Assembly (NCBI GenBank): GCA_963832165.1 | Contig: CAWHTE010000011.1 | Coordinates: 864,001 to 928,000 of the forward strand | Reading direction: 5' to 3' | DNA from: an uncultured delta proteobacterium | GTDB lineage: Bacteria > Myxococcota_A > UBA9160 > SMWR01 | Length of the DNA stretch: 64,000 bases | Shown: positions 9,550 to 19,107 of the stretch, piece after piece | How positions within the stretch are numbered: the first letter of the stretch is position 1 | How the letters are laid out: each line of letters begins with the position of its first letter | Program-made: the position numbers and the translations under genes | Notes under the pieces: model-generated | Seen by the model: the letters and a program-made list of their open reading frames with translations, nothing else | Databases searched by the model: none | Told to the model about the DNA's origin: nothing

Positions 9550-12500
9550 CTAGCGACACCCCTGCGGAGTGCCCGCGCAGTAGCGACCGGAGGGACCCGG
9601 CGTCGCTCCGGGCCGCGCGAGCATCGGCGCGAGGTAGTCGGTGTAGTCGATGTCGTCGACGGCTCCGTCGCAGTTCATGTCGGTTCCGCGTCCGCCGTCG
9701 CGGCCCGCCGCGCGATCCGGCGCGAAATAACCCTCGAGATCGAGCGTCGTCGATCCTGCCATTCTCGTCGAAGTCGCCGTCGCAATGATTTCCGTATCCG
9801 TCCTCGTCGGTGTCGCACTGGCTGCGATTGGCGAGCTCCGTGCAGTTGTCTCCCCAATTGATGTGCGTATCGCCATCGGGATCGCAGAACGAATCAGTGC
9901 AGTTGGGGCACGGGAATGTGCCCGCGCACTCGAGTCCCGAAGGCCCCGGGCGATCCCCCGCCGCAAGCAGCTGGGGCACGAAGTAGTCGCGGTAATCGAC
10001 GTCGTCGACGGAACCATCGCAGTTCATGTCGGTTCCGCGGCCGCCGTCGCGGCCCGCCGCGCGGTCGGTCGCGAAGTAGCCGCTGAAATCAGCCTCGTCG
10101 ACGCGCCCGTTCTGGTCGAAGTCGCCGTCGCAGGAGTTGCCGTATCCGTCGTGGTCCGCGTCGCATTGGCGCGAGTTCGCGACCTGCGTGCAGTCGTCCG
10201 CGCGGTCGAGCAGGCCGTCGCCGTCGCCGTCGCACGCCGAACCCGTGCACGGGACGGGACACGGCACCGTGCCTGCGCAGCGCAGCCCGGACGGGCCCGG
10301 GATCGCCCTGGGCGGCTTGAACGGCGGGCGGAGCCCGGCGAAGTCTGTGTCGTCGACGACCCCGTCGCAATTCATGTCGGTACCGCGCCCGCTGTCCGTC
10401 CGCGAACGCCGATCGCGGGCCAGACGGTTCAGGTCGACCGCGTCCACGCTTCCGTTCTGGTCGAAGTCGGCGTCGCAGAGGTTCCCGAAGCCGTCCCGGT
10501 CCGTATCGCACTGGCTCGGGTTGGCGACGCCAGCGCAATTGTCGTTGCGGTTCACCTTGCCGTCCCGATCGTCGTCGCACATCTCGCCGATACAGTCGAG
10601 CGGGCAGGTCGGACACTTCTGAGGGAAGGGAATCACCGTCACGTCCGCGGCGCCCACGACCCGGTCCCGCCCGTCGAGGTCGAACTCGTCGCAGTCGGTC
10701 GTCGCGAAGCTGTTGCAGCTGTCGGCGGAGAGGTCCTTCCCGAACTCGGCCGTCACGAGCGGCCAATCCGAGGTATCCGGCACGCCGTCGCCGTTGTGAT
10801 CGCCATCGCAGGCGTTTCCGAATCCGTCGGCGTCGTCGTCGAGCTGACCGCCCGTGGTCGTGCGGAACAGATAGCCACCGCGCCGGGTGTAGTTCGCGGG
10901 GTCGTCGAGGTCGTAGTGCGGATTTGCGGCGAGCCGGCAGTTGTCACAGTCATCCCCGACGCCGTCGCCGTCGACGTCGAGTTGATAGATCGTCGTGCGC
11001 CAGAAGATCGTGTTATCGATCGAAGGGCAGTTGTCGCAGAGATCGCCGCGACCATCGCGATCGCGATCGCTCTGGTCCAGATTGGCGAGCTGCGGGCAGT
11101 TGTCGTCGCAGCCGCTCGTGCGTCCCGTTCGACACGTTGCGTCGGATGGCGAGCCCGAAGCGTCGCCGTCGTCGGCGATGCCGTCGTCATCGTCGTCGGG
11201 GTCGCACGGGTCGCCGAGACCGTCGCCGTCGGTATCCACCTGAGAGGGATCCGCCGTGCTCGGGCAGTTGTCGCACACGTCCCCGACGCGGTCGCCATCC
11301 GCGTCCGCCTGCTCGGCGTTGGCGATCGCGGGGCAGTTGTCGCAGGCATCTGCGCGGCCGTCCCCATCGGTTTCGCGCTGGTCCGGGTTCGCGACGGTCG
11401 GACAGTTGTCGCAGGCGTCGCCGAGCGGATCCCGGTCTGCATTCGCCTGATCCGGATTCGCCGTCGCGCAGTTGTCACAGGCGTCCCCGACGCGATCGCC
11501 GTCCGCGTCGGCCTGATCGGGATTCGCGACCGTGGCGCAGTTGTCGCAGACGTCGCCGAGCGCATCGGCGTCGCGATCGCGCGCGTCGGGCAGCACGTAC
11601 GAGAAGGTCGGGGCGATGTTCGACTGCCCCGGGCACCAGTCGAGCGCATCCGCGAGGCCATCGTTGTCGGAGTCGGCCGCTGCGTCGTCGGGGGCGCCGT
11701 CGCAGCGGTCGCCCCGGCCGTCGCCGTCGAGATCGCGCTGCTCCGGATCGGAGATGGATCCGCACACATCGCACGCGTCTCCCGCGCCATCGCCGTCGCG
11801 GTCGGCCTGATCGGGATTGGCCGCATCGCGGCAGTTGTCGCGGAACGCGACGACGCCGTCGGCGTCGCGGTCGGTCTGTCCCTCGGGCAGAGTCGCGGCG
11901 GCTCGGCACAGGCCGTTGCAGCCGTCATCGCTGTAGAAGTTTCCGTCGTCGCACTGCTCGCCCGCGTCGACCACGCGGTTGCCGCAGATGGGCGCCGTCA
12001 CGAAGTGCGCCGTCGTGAATCCGGGATAGGGAGCGGAGAGGACGTCGACCCCGAAAGGCTCGGGGTCGATCTCGATCACGCTGGGCGGCTCGACCGCGAG
12101 CAGACGGCTGCGCGCGTCGTCGTACGCGAGCGCTTCGGAGAGGCGCGGGTAGAACCTCGGCGTGAGCGCGCCATCGGCGCGATTCACGGTGGCGATCATG
12201 GTCGACCGCGGCGGATCCGCGCGCGGATCGGACAGCCAGATCGCGAGCAGCTCGGAGCGCTTCGAGTCGAATGCGAGCGAGCGGACGGCATGGTCGAGGA
12301 TCACGGGCGCGCGCAGTACGGATCCTGTGTCGGGATCGATCTCGATCAGCCGAGCCTGCTCCGGGAGGGCGAGGTCGAGGATCAAGCCGTAGAGGTGGCG
12401 ATCGTCCGAGGCGAAGGTCAGAGCCGCGATGCCCGTGGCAGCGAGACTTCCGACGAGATTCGGAACCCCGTCTGCGTCGAGGCGATAGAGCCGGTCGCCG

Positions 12501-13555
12501 GAAGCATCGGGCGACACGAGGTAGAGCGCGCCGTCGGCCGGATCGCGCGCGAGCCCCGTGATCGGCGCGTGGAAGTCGAGGAACAGGTCCAGCTCCGGGC
12601 CGCTCGTGCGCGGCGTGCTGCGGTAGAGCAGGTCGTGACGGCCGTTCGCGCTCGACTCCACGAGCAGGAGACCCGGAGCGTTCGGATCGACCTCGATCGC
12701 TTCCTGGCATGGAACGCACTCGGAGCGGCTTCCGGTGCACGAGCGACACTGTCCCGGCTCGCTGCAGTCCGCGCCGCGCGAGGGCAGCGAGTGCCCGTCG
12801 ACGCACGCGCGCGCAGCTGCGATGCAGCGGCCCAGGCCATCGCACCAACCGTCGCGTCCGTCGCAGGACGTGAACCTCGCGTCGGGCGTGTAGGGATCGG
12901 TGCTTGGCGGCACACCCGAGCCCGAGATGCAGGCGGCGGTCGTGCGCTGCGCCCCGCGGCGCTTCGCATAGTCGATGTACATCGCGCAGAGCCTCGCGGG
13001 CACGTCTCGAGTCTTCTGACCGGAGCCCCCGAGCAGCGTCTCGTCCCAACCGACGTGATCGAACGGCACACCCGCCAGATGCCCCATCTCGTGCGCGTAG
13101 GTGGAGCCGGCATCCTGCGTGCTGCGGTAGAACCCGGCCCCGACGAACATTCCGAGACCGGGCAACGACGTGTTCGCGCAGCCCGACGCCTCGGTCAGCA
13201 CGGATTCGGGGAACAGGGCCGCTTCGTACGGGATCTCGGTGCTGCACGCGTAGGGCGGCGTCGGCGCCGGGTCGTAGCGTCGGATGTTGGACGCCCGGAA
13301 GCGAACCGGACAGGACATCTCACCGGGCGGCTTGCCGTCGATGCCCTCCAGGATCAGCGTGGCCTCGTCGAGCATCGTGTTCACGCGCGCCGCGGTCTGC
13401 GCGGGGGAGGCGAGCTCGACGTCCGGATGGACGACGATCGACATGTCGAGCAGGTACTCGTCGGCCGGGGGCGTCGCCCACGCTTCACGCGGTGTGACGG
13501 CGCAAAGCATTCCGAGAATTTCGAGAATCAGGTGGCCCCTGGTCAGAGCCGACAT
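9550..13555 (-). CDS. Large secreted protein: HExxH domain, beta-propeller, Cys-rich repeat, thrombospondin type 3 repeats, three dockerin-like repeats; +1 frame break ~9740
   Basis: Signal peptide after [33 protein letters not shown]; many DxDxDGxGDxCDNC; three [17 protein letters not shown] units; last unit ends in frame of ORF 9550..10017. Confidence 0.85.
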
Positions 13556-13599
13556 CGGTGGACCCTCCTATGGGAAGGGCCTTTGCAGTAGAAAATACG

Positions 13600-13629
13600 G
13601 TAAGTAAGGCTTACGTAAGCGTCAATTAC
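13600..13629. promoter_or_regulatory. Palindromic operator-like array GTAAG-N5-CTTAC-GTAAG-N5-ATTAC
   Basis: GTAAG TAAGG CTTAC at 13600-13614; perfect palindrome GCTTACGTAAGC at 13609-13620; AT-rich gap upstream of the 13555 start. Confidence 0.5.
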
Positions 13630-14107
13630 TCCTGGAGGGGAGCGAGGCAACCACGGCATCGATTTCGCCGTTCAGGCGGTCCGGACCCGGATCGCGGCCC
13701 GCGGCGACAGTGGCCAGGCGCGGCAGGTAGTGTCCCCAACCAAACTCGTGGAAGGCATCGTGTCCGGCGGGCAGGCCAGAGTGCCGCAGCGTCAGCACGG
13801 TCTGGTCGCGGTCGCGGCGCAGCGTGAACTCGACGCGTGTCGATCCGGGTGGAAGGAGTCTGTCGGATCCCTCCCAACCCCAGGTGAACACCAAGCGGTG
13901 CGGAGGTTCCACCTCGACGAACTCGCCCCGGGCGAAGATCCCGGGGCGCACCATCGCGCAGCGGTAGATGCCGCCGGGCCGCGGGTCGAGGTCGGCGTCG
14001 ATTCCCATCCAATGTGAGATCAACGCGGGATCGATCAGGAAACCGAAGACGACCTCGGGGGGTGCCGCGATCCGAACGACCCGTTCGATCGTGCGTTCAT
14101 CGGCCAC
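13622..14107 (-). CDS. SRPBCC / AHSA1-like domain protein
   Basis: IAAPPEVVFGFL, DLDPRPGG, EVEPPHRLVFTWGW, GWGHYL. Confidence 0.9.
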   Translation of the reverse strand: MADERTIERVVRIAAPPEVVFGFLIDPALISHWMGIDADLDPRPGGIYRCAMVRPGIFARGEFVEVEPPHRLVFTWGWEGSDRLLPPGSTRVEFTLRRDRDQTVLTLRHSGLPAGHDAFHEFGWGHYLPRLATVAAGRDPGPDRLNGEIDAVVASLPSRSN

Positions 14108-14426
14108 GGCGTTGGCGCCTGCCCGGCCGTTCTGCCGCCGCCTTGAGTAGCGCCAAGCTGTCGTCCCACATCTCCTCGAGAAAGGGTCGAATCTCGGCGA
14201 AGCTTTCGGGCCGCGCGCGGTAGTAGCGCCGCGTCCCCTCCTTCCTCTCCGCGACGAGGCCTGCGTTCCGCAGCACCCGCAGATGCTGCGAGATCGCCTC
14301 GCGCGTCACGTCGAATTCCGAGGCGATGGATCCAGCCGTCATCTCCTCGGCGAGGACCAGCCGCAAAATCGCGCGTCGCCGCGGCTCTGCGATCGCGCGG
14401 AGGGCGGCTTGGGCAGAGGTTGCCAT
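14097..14426 (-). CDS. ArsR/SmtB family transcriptional regulator
   Basis: RAIAEPRRRAILRL, AISQHLRVLRNAGLV, GTRRYY; overlaps SRPBCC start (common gene pair). Confidence 0.9.
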   Translation of the reverse strand: MATSAQAALRAIAEPRRRAILRLVLAEEMTAGSIASEFDVTREAISQHLRVLRNAGLVAERKEGTRRYYRARPESFAEIRPFLEEMWDDSLALLKAAAERPGRRQRRGR

Positions 14427-14446
14427 ATGTAAGTGATTCTTCCGTA
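14426..14446. promoter_or_regulatory. Putative ArsR autoregulatory operator TATGTAAG-N5-CTTCCGTA
   Basis: Imperfect 8-5-8 inverted repeat abutting the arsR start codon. Confidence 0.55.
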
Positions 14447-14466
14447 CTGAGGACTCCGCCGCCAGC

Positions 14467-16122
14467 TCAGAAGCGCGAGGCGCGCAGCGGGACGTCGGCC
14501 CGCGCCCATGCCGTCTCGAAGCCCTTCTGCGCCCAATCGGCTTCGCCGCGCTTGCGCTGCGCGCGCAGACTCGCTGCGAGTCCGTAGAGCGACCATCCGT
14601 TGCGCGGGTAGCGCTCGAGATCGGCGCGGTACACGGCCTCGGCCTCCGCCGCGCGCCCGGCATCGAGCAGCACCGCGCCGAGCGCCTGGCGCGTGGGAAA
14701 GTACCACGGCGGCGGCTCCATGTACGCGAGCGCGTCCTGTCGCGCGACGGCCTCCTTCAGCTCGTTCACCGCTCGCTTCGCATTGCCCGTGGCCGCTGCG
14801 ATCTCGCCGGACAGGTGCTTGCTTCCGATCCCGAGCAGCTGCGCGGCCGAAGCGACACCGCCCGAGAGCATGAGCTCCGAGGCGGGCTTGCCTGTCGCCA
14901 CCGCGTCGAGCGCGGCGAGCTCGGTGCGCGCCTCCGCGGCGCGTCCCGTGCGCACGAGCGCGAGCCCGCGCGCGTAATGCCAGATCCCGGACAGGTACAC
15001 GCGCGACTCGGGCGGCTTCGCGGTGCCGAGCAGGGAGTCCCAGCGCCCGAACCGCACGAGCGTGAGGTTCGGGATCGTGAGCATCTCCTCGAGGAAGGGA
15101 TAGGTCTCGATACCGGTCGCGACCGCGGCCTCGAGCTGGCGCGCGGTCATGAGCGCCATCTCGCTGCGGCCCTCGGCCGTGGCCGATGCCCACAGGAAGT
15201 GGAGGTTGTGCGGGTAGTAGGCCGACTGGTACCACAGCCCCGGGCGGCAGGTCGCGAAGAACTTCTCGTCCGAGCGCAGTGCTGCGCGATTGACCTCGAC
15301 CGCGTCGTCGTAGCGCCCGACGCGCCAGAAGATGTGCGAGGGCATGTGGACGAGGTGCCCCGCGTCGGGCGCGAGCTCGAAGAGCCGCTCTGCGGCCGCC
15401 ACGCCGCGCTCCGGATACGGCATCTCCACTGCGTGGATGTAGTAGTGGTTGGCACCGATGTGATCGGGGTGCGACTCGAGCACCGACTCGAGCAGGTCGA
15501 GCAGCTCCTCGGTGTGCTCGCGCGGCTTCAGGTCGGGCGTCCAGTAGTTCCACGGCGACAGGTCCATCAGCGATTCGGCGTACAGCGTCGCGGCGTCCTC
15601 GTCCGACGGATCTTCCTCGTGTACCGATCGCATCGCCTCTGCGAACGCCCGATCGAGTGCGCTGCGGTCCTCGGCCGGCTCCGCGGCATAGCGCGTGGCG
15701 ATGGCATCGATGTAGGCCTGCTCGCGCTCGCTCGCGCGATCGGCGAGCGCGCGCGCGCGCTGTGCGGCTGCGTAGGCGCGGCGGCCCGCGTCGGGCCCCA
15801 TCGGCGCATTGATGTTGGGGCCGTGGGCGAACGCGATCCCCCACTCGCACATCGCGCAGCCCGGATCGATCGCGAGCGCGGCCTCGAACGCGCGGATCGC
15901 GGCCTCGTGGTTGAAGCCGAAGCACAGGGCCAGACCCTGATCGAAATACCGCTGGGCGAGCGGGCTCGGCGTGGTGATCGGATGGTGCAGGCGGCCGAGA
16001 CCCTCGAGCAGGGGCGGCGCTTGCGCGGTGGCCGGCGGCTCGGGCGCGGGCCCCCCGCGCGTGCACGTGACCGCGGCGGCGACCACCGCGAGGATCGAGG
16101 TGAGCCGGCGCGCGCCGGGCAT
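14467..16122 (-). CDS. Secreted/lipoprotein TPR-like protein of unknown function
   Basis: Signal peptide; GFNHEAAIRAF, GPNINAP, HIGANHYYIH, HLVHMPSHIF, EPPPWYFP, PRNGWSLYGL. Confidence 0.8.
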   Translation of the reverse strand: MPGARRLTSILAVVAAAVTCTRGGPAPEPPATAQAPPLLEGLGRLHHPITTPSPLAQRYFDQGLALCFGFNHEAAIRAFEAALAIDPGCAMCEWGIAFAHGPNINAPMGPDAGRRAYAAAQRARALADRASEREQAYIDAIATRYAAEPAEDRSALDRAFAEAMRSVHEEDPSDEDAATLYAESLMDLSPWNYWTPDLKPREHTEELLDLLESVLESHPDHIGANHYYIHAVEMPYPERGVAAAERLFELAPDAGHLVHMPSHIFWRVGRYDDAVEVNRAALRSDEKFFATCRPGLWYQSAYYPHNLHFLWASATAEGRSEMALMTARQLEAAVATGIETYPFLEEMLTIPNLTLVRFGRWDSLLGTAKPPESRVYLSGIWHYARGLALVRTGRAAEARTELAALDAVATGKPASELMLSGGVASAAQLLGIGSKHLSGEIAAATGNAKRAVNELKEAVARQDALAYMEPPPWYFPTRQALGAVLLDAGRAAEAEAVYRADLERYPRNGWSLYGLAASLRAQRKRGEADWAQKGFETAWARADVPLRASRF

Positions 16123-16216
16123 GGACGTCCTCCCTCGCAATGCGACTCGCTAGCATGCGCGCGGCCCGGGGCGATGTCCATGCCATCGATCGGCGGGCCG
16201 GAGGACTCTGGAAGGG

Positions 16217-17152
16217 ATGGCGAAGCACCGCGCCAAGAGCGCTCGCGATGAGCGGAGCTGGGGGCGAAACCCCTTCGAAGTGCTCGTGTATCTCGCTGTG
16301 GCGCCGCTGCTGCGCGGGCTCGCGCGGCTGCCGCTCCCAGTGCTCTACCGCGTCTCGGATCTCGCGTTCTGGATCGTGTACCGGGTCCTGCGTCTGCGGC
16401 GCGCCGTCGTGCGCGAAAACCTGCGCCGCTCGTTTCCGGAGGCCGCGACGCATGAGCTCGATCGGATCGAAGAGCGCTGCTACCGCCAGCAGTGCGATCT
16501 GGCGGTCGAGTCGCTCAAGCTCATGACGATGAGCGCGAACGAGATTTTCGACCGCATGCGCGCCAACTTCGACATCGGTCACCAGCTGATCGCCCGTCGC
16601 CAGAGCGCGATCTTCGTGCTCGGCCACTGCGGCAACTGGGAATGGGCGATCCCGCTGGCGGTGCTCTCGTTTCCGGGCGCGCTGGTTCACATCGTCTATC
16701 ACCCGCTGCGGCACACGGGCTTCGACGGACTGATCCGCTCGGTGCGCGGGCGCTTCGGCGGCGTGTTCACGCGGACCGACGAGGCGCCGCGCGCGATCGT
16801 GCGGATGCGGCACGAGCTCAGCGCGACGTTCCTGGTCGCCGACCAGCGCGCGCACAACCGCAATCCATATTGGACTCAGTTCCTCGGCCAGCAGACCGCG
16901 TTCCTGCGCGGTCCGGAGCGACTCGCGCGCAGCCTCGGGATGCCCGTGGTGTACGTCGAGTCGAGGCGTGTCGAGCGTGGGCGCTACGAGGTGAGCCTCG
17001 AGTGGCTCTGCGAGGATCCGAGTGTCACGTCCGACGGCGAGATCACCGAGCGCTTCGCGCGGCGCCTCGAGCAGCAGATCCTGAAGGCACCGGACGATTG
17101 GCTGTGGTTGCACCGGCGCTGGCGGGATCGGCGCGCCGAGCGAGCTCGGTAG
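16217..17152 (+). CDS. Lipid A late acyltransferase (LpxL/HtrB-like lysophospholipid acyltransferase family)
   Basis: NLRRSFPE, GHCGNWEW, LVADQ, FLGQ, PDDWLWLHRRW. Confidence 0.88.
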   Translation: MAKHRAKSARDERSWGRNPFEVLVYLAVAPLLRGLARLPLPVLYRVSDLAFWIVYRVLRLRRAVVRENLRRSFPEAATHELDRIEERCYRQQCDLAVESLKLMTMSANEIFDRMRANFDIGHQLIARRQSAIFVLGHCGNWEWAIPLAVLSFPGALVHIVYHPLRHTGFDGLIRSVRGRFGGVFTRTDEAPRAIVRMRHELSATFLVADQRAHNRNPYWTQFLGQQTAFLRGPERLARSLGMPVVYVESRRVERGRYEVSLEWLCEDPSVTSDGEITERFARRLEQQILKAPDDWLWLHRRWRDRRAERAR

Positions 17153-19055
17153 GCGGGTTCCAGCGCTCACCGCGTCGTCGACAGATCACGTCGGGGGTCT
17201 CCTGGGTCGATGCGACGCGCAGCCGACCCTCGGCGTCGGCGCCGTCGCAGACCGCGCTCGCATCGGCGAGGCGCAGCCACAGACCCGCGCAGGTCTCCCG
17301 CAGGCGCAGTGCGCGCGAGCCGTCCTGCGCGTGATCTCCGTCCGCGAGCGCATAGCGCGCGTGCGGATGCCACGCGGGCAGCCAGCCGGTCTCGAGCGCG
17401 CTGGCTCCACTGCGCGCGATCTCGGGCGAGAGGTGCACAGTCACGGGACAGCCGCGAAAGCGCGCGATCGAGAGCCCGTCCCGGCGCCAGTCCTCGCTGA
17501 ACCCGAGTTCGTTGAGGCGGTCCGCTTCTTCGGAGCGCCCGTAGAACACGACGTCCTCGAACGCCGTCGCGCGCGATGCGAGATAGGCGAGCAGTGCGTC
17601 CCGGAACGCGCGGTCGCCGGCGGGACCGGGGCGCGTGAGATCGGTGAGGTACGAGCGATCGAGCCGCGCGGGCGCCCGCTCCACAGCGTCGGGCCGCACT
17701 ACGAGGTGATGCATGCGCGCGTTGCGCACGAAGCCGTACGGCGTCAGGCCGCCCTGACTCGCGGCGTAGAGCTGGCCCAGGTTCACCCACGGCAGCGCGA
17801 AGGGCATCGCCGCGCGCGCGGGCGGCAGGTCTGGATCGGCGCCCGTGTCGAATACGATCGGCAGTCGCACGCCGCTGCGCACGAGATTCGTTTCGAGGCC
17901 CGAGAGTGCGCTCGCCGACGCACCCGCGAGCGCTTCGTGATACATCCACGCCCAGCCCGTCGACGCGAACGCGAAGGTCGCGAGCGCGACCCGTGCCGCG
18001 ACGCGCGCGCCGCGCGCGAGCCGCTCGATCGGCAGGGTCAGCGCGAGTGCGCTCACGCCGATCGGCAGGAAGCGCGGCGCGAAGTACTCCCAGGATGCGA
18101 GGTCCATCGGCAGCCACGCGGCCGCGGCGAGCGCAGCGCCGCCCGCGACGAGCAACGCCTCGTCCTCCGCGCTGCGCCCCGCGCGGCGGCGCGCGAGTGC
18201 GACGAGTGGAGCGGCGAGTGCGAGCAACGTGAGCGGCCACGCGCGCCACGCGGGCCCGCCCGTGAAGCATTTCGCGAGCGCCCACCACGGAGCGGGCGTG
18301 AGCGGCGGTGGGGCGGTGCCCGGCTCGCCGAGCGAGTCGGCCCCCGGCCAGACCAACGCGAGCGCAACCGCCGTCGCGGGCAGTGCGATCGCGGCGATGC
18401 GCAGGCACGCCGCACCGAGCGCGCCGCGCGGCGCGCGCCGCCAGTACAGCGCCGCGAGCACGCATCCCGTGACCGCAGCGCTCATCACGTGCAGCAGCGC
18501 GACGCCGCCGAGCAGTACGGCGAGCAGCGCGACCTGGCGCGGGGTCTCGGGTCGCTTCGCGATCGCCCACGCGAGCACGAGCAGGCCGAACGAGCTCGCG
18601 AGATGGAACGAGAAGAATCCCATGTAGAAGGTCCAACCGAACGCCGCGCCGCCGAGGGCGAGCCCGAGCCACGCGCGCTCCGGATGTAGGGCCCGCGCGA
18701 GCGCGTACGCAGCGCCGGCCCAGAACAGCGCGAGCACCGCCACCGTGCAGCGCAGCGCGACCGGCCAGGGCAGCCACAGGTCGAGCGGTCCGAACACCGC
18801 GGCGAAGCCGAGACTCGTGACCGGGCGCGCGATCTCGAACCAGCTCTCCCATCCCCGCGCGGGGTCGCCCAGGTGGTTTGCCACGTGCACGGCGTAGACG
18901 TGCTGGGGGCCGTCGTGGGTCGGGATGTAGGCCGGGTGCGCCGCCGCAAACCCGATCGCGATCAGGAGGACCGCGAGCGCGAGCGCCGCGAGGCGGTCCT
19001 CGAGGCCTCCGCTGGCCTCCGGTTCCGTCCGCGCGGCTTGCATGCCCGAATGCAT
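17043..19055 (-). CDS. Polytopic membrane protein, possibly GT-C fold glycosyltransferase; 3' end uncertain
   Basis: Many hydrophobic segments; PTHDGPQH after first TM; YMGFFSF; RFLP; as read, overlaps convergent gene by ~110 bp. Confidence 0.6.
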   Translation of the reverse strand: MHSGMQAARTEPEASGGLEDRLAALALAVLLIAIGFAAAHPAYIPTHDGPQHVYAVHVANHLGDPARGWESWFEIARPVTSLGFAAVFGPLDLWLPWPVALRCTVAVLALFWAGAAYALARALHPERAWLGLALGGAAFGWTFYMGFFSFHLASSFGLLVLAWAIAKRPETPRQVALLAVLLGGVALLHVMSAAVTGCVLAALYWRRAPRGALGAACLRIAAIALPATAVALALVWPGADSLGEPGTAPPPLTPAPWWALAKCFTGGPAWRAWPLTLLALAAPLVALARRRAGRSAEDEALLVAGGAALAAAAWLPMDLASWEYFAPRFLPIGVSALALTLPIERLARGARVAARVALATFAFASTGWAWMYHEALAGASASALSGLETNLVRSGVRLPIVFDTGADPDLPPARAAMPFALPWVNLGQLYAASQGGLTPYGFVRNARMHHLVVRPDAVERAPARLDRSYLTDLTRPGPAGDRAFRDALLAYLASRATAFEDVVFYGRSEEADRLNELGFSEDWRRDGLSIARFRGCPVTVHLSPEIARSGASALETGWLPAWHPHARYALADGDHAQDGSRALRLRETCAGLWLRLADASAVCDGADAEGRLRVASTQETPDVICRRRGERWNPPTELARRADPASAGATTANRPVPSGSAARGAARSAR

Positions 19056-19107
19056 CGGTCTGGCGCGGGCATAGCTGAAACAAATTCACTCAATTGATAG
19101 GCCCGAC

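Noticed and set aside
10900..11900. Regularly recurring GCAGTTGTCGCA words resembling a CRISPR or guide array
   Set aside because: They encode CDNC of thrombospondin-3 repeats in frame; no constant repeat-spacer layout and no cas genes.
9785..13591. Very long antisense/shadow ORFs (also 27347-31270, 55276-58416, 56180-59206 and others)
   Set aside because: They mirror or overlap well-supported genes, lack motifs, and are expected in high-GC DNA.
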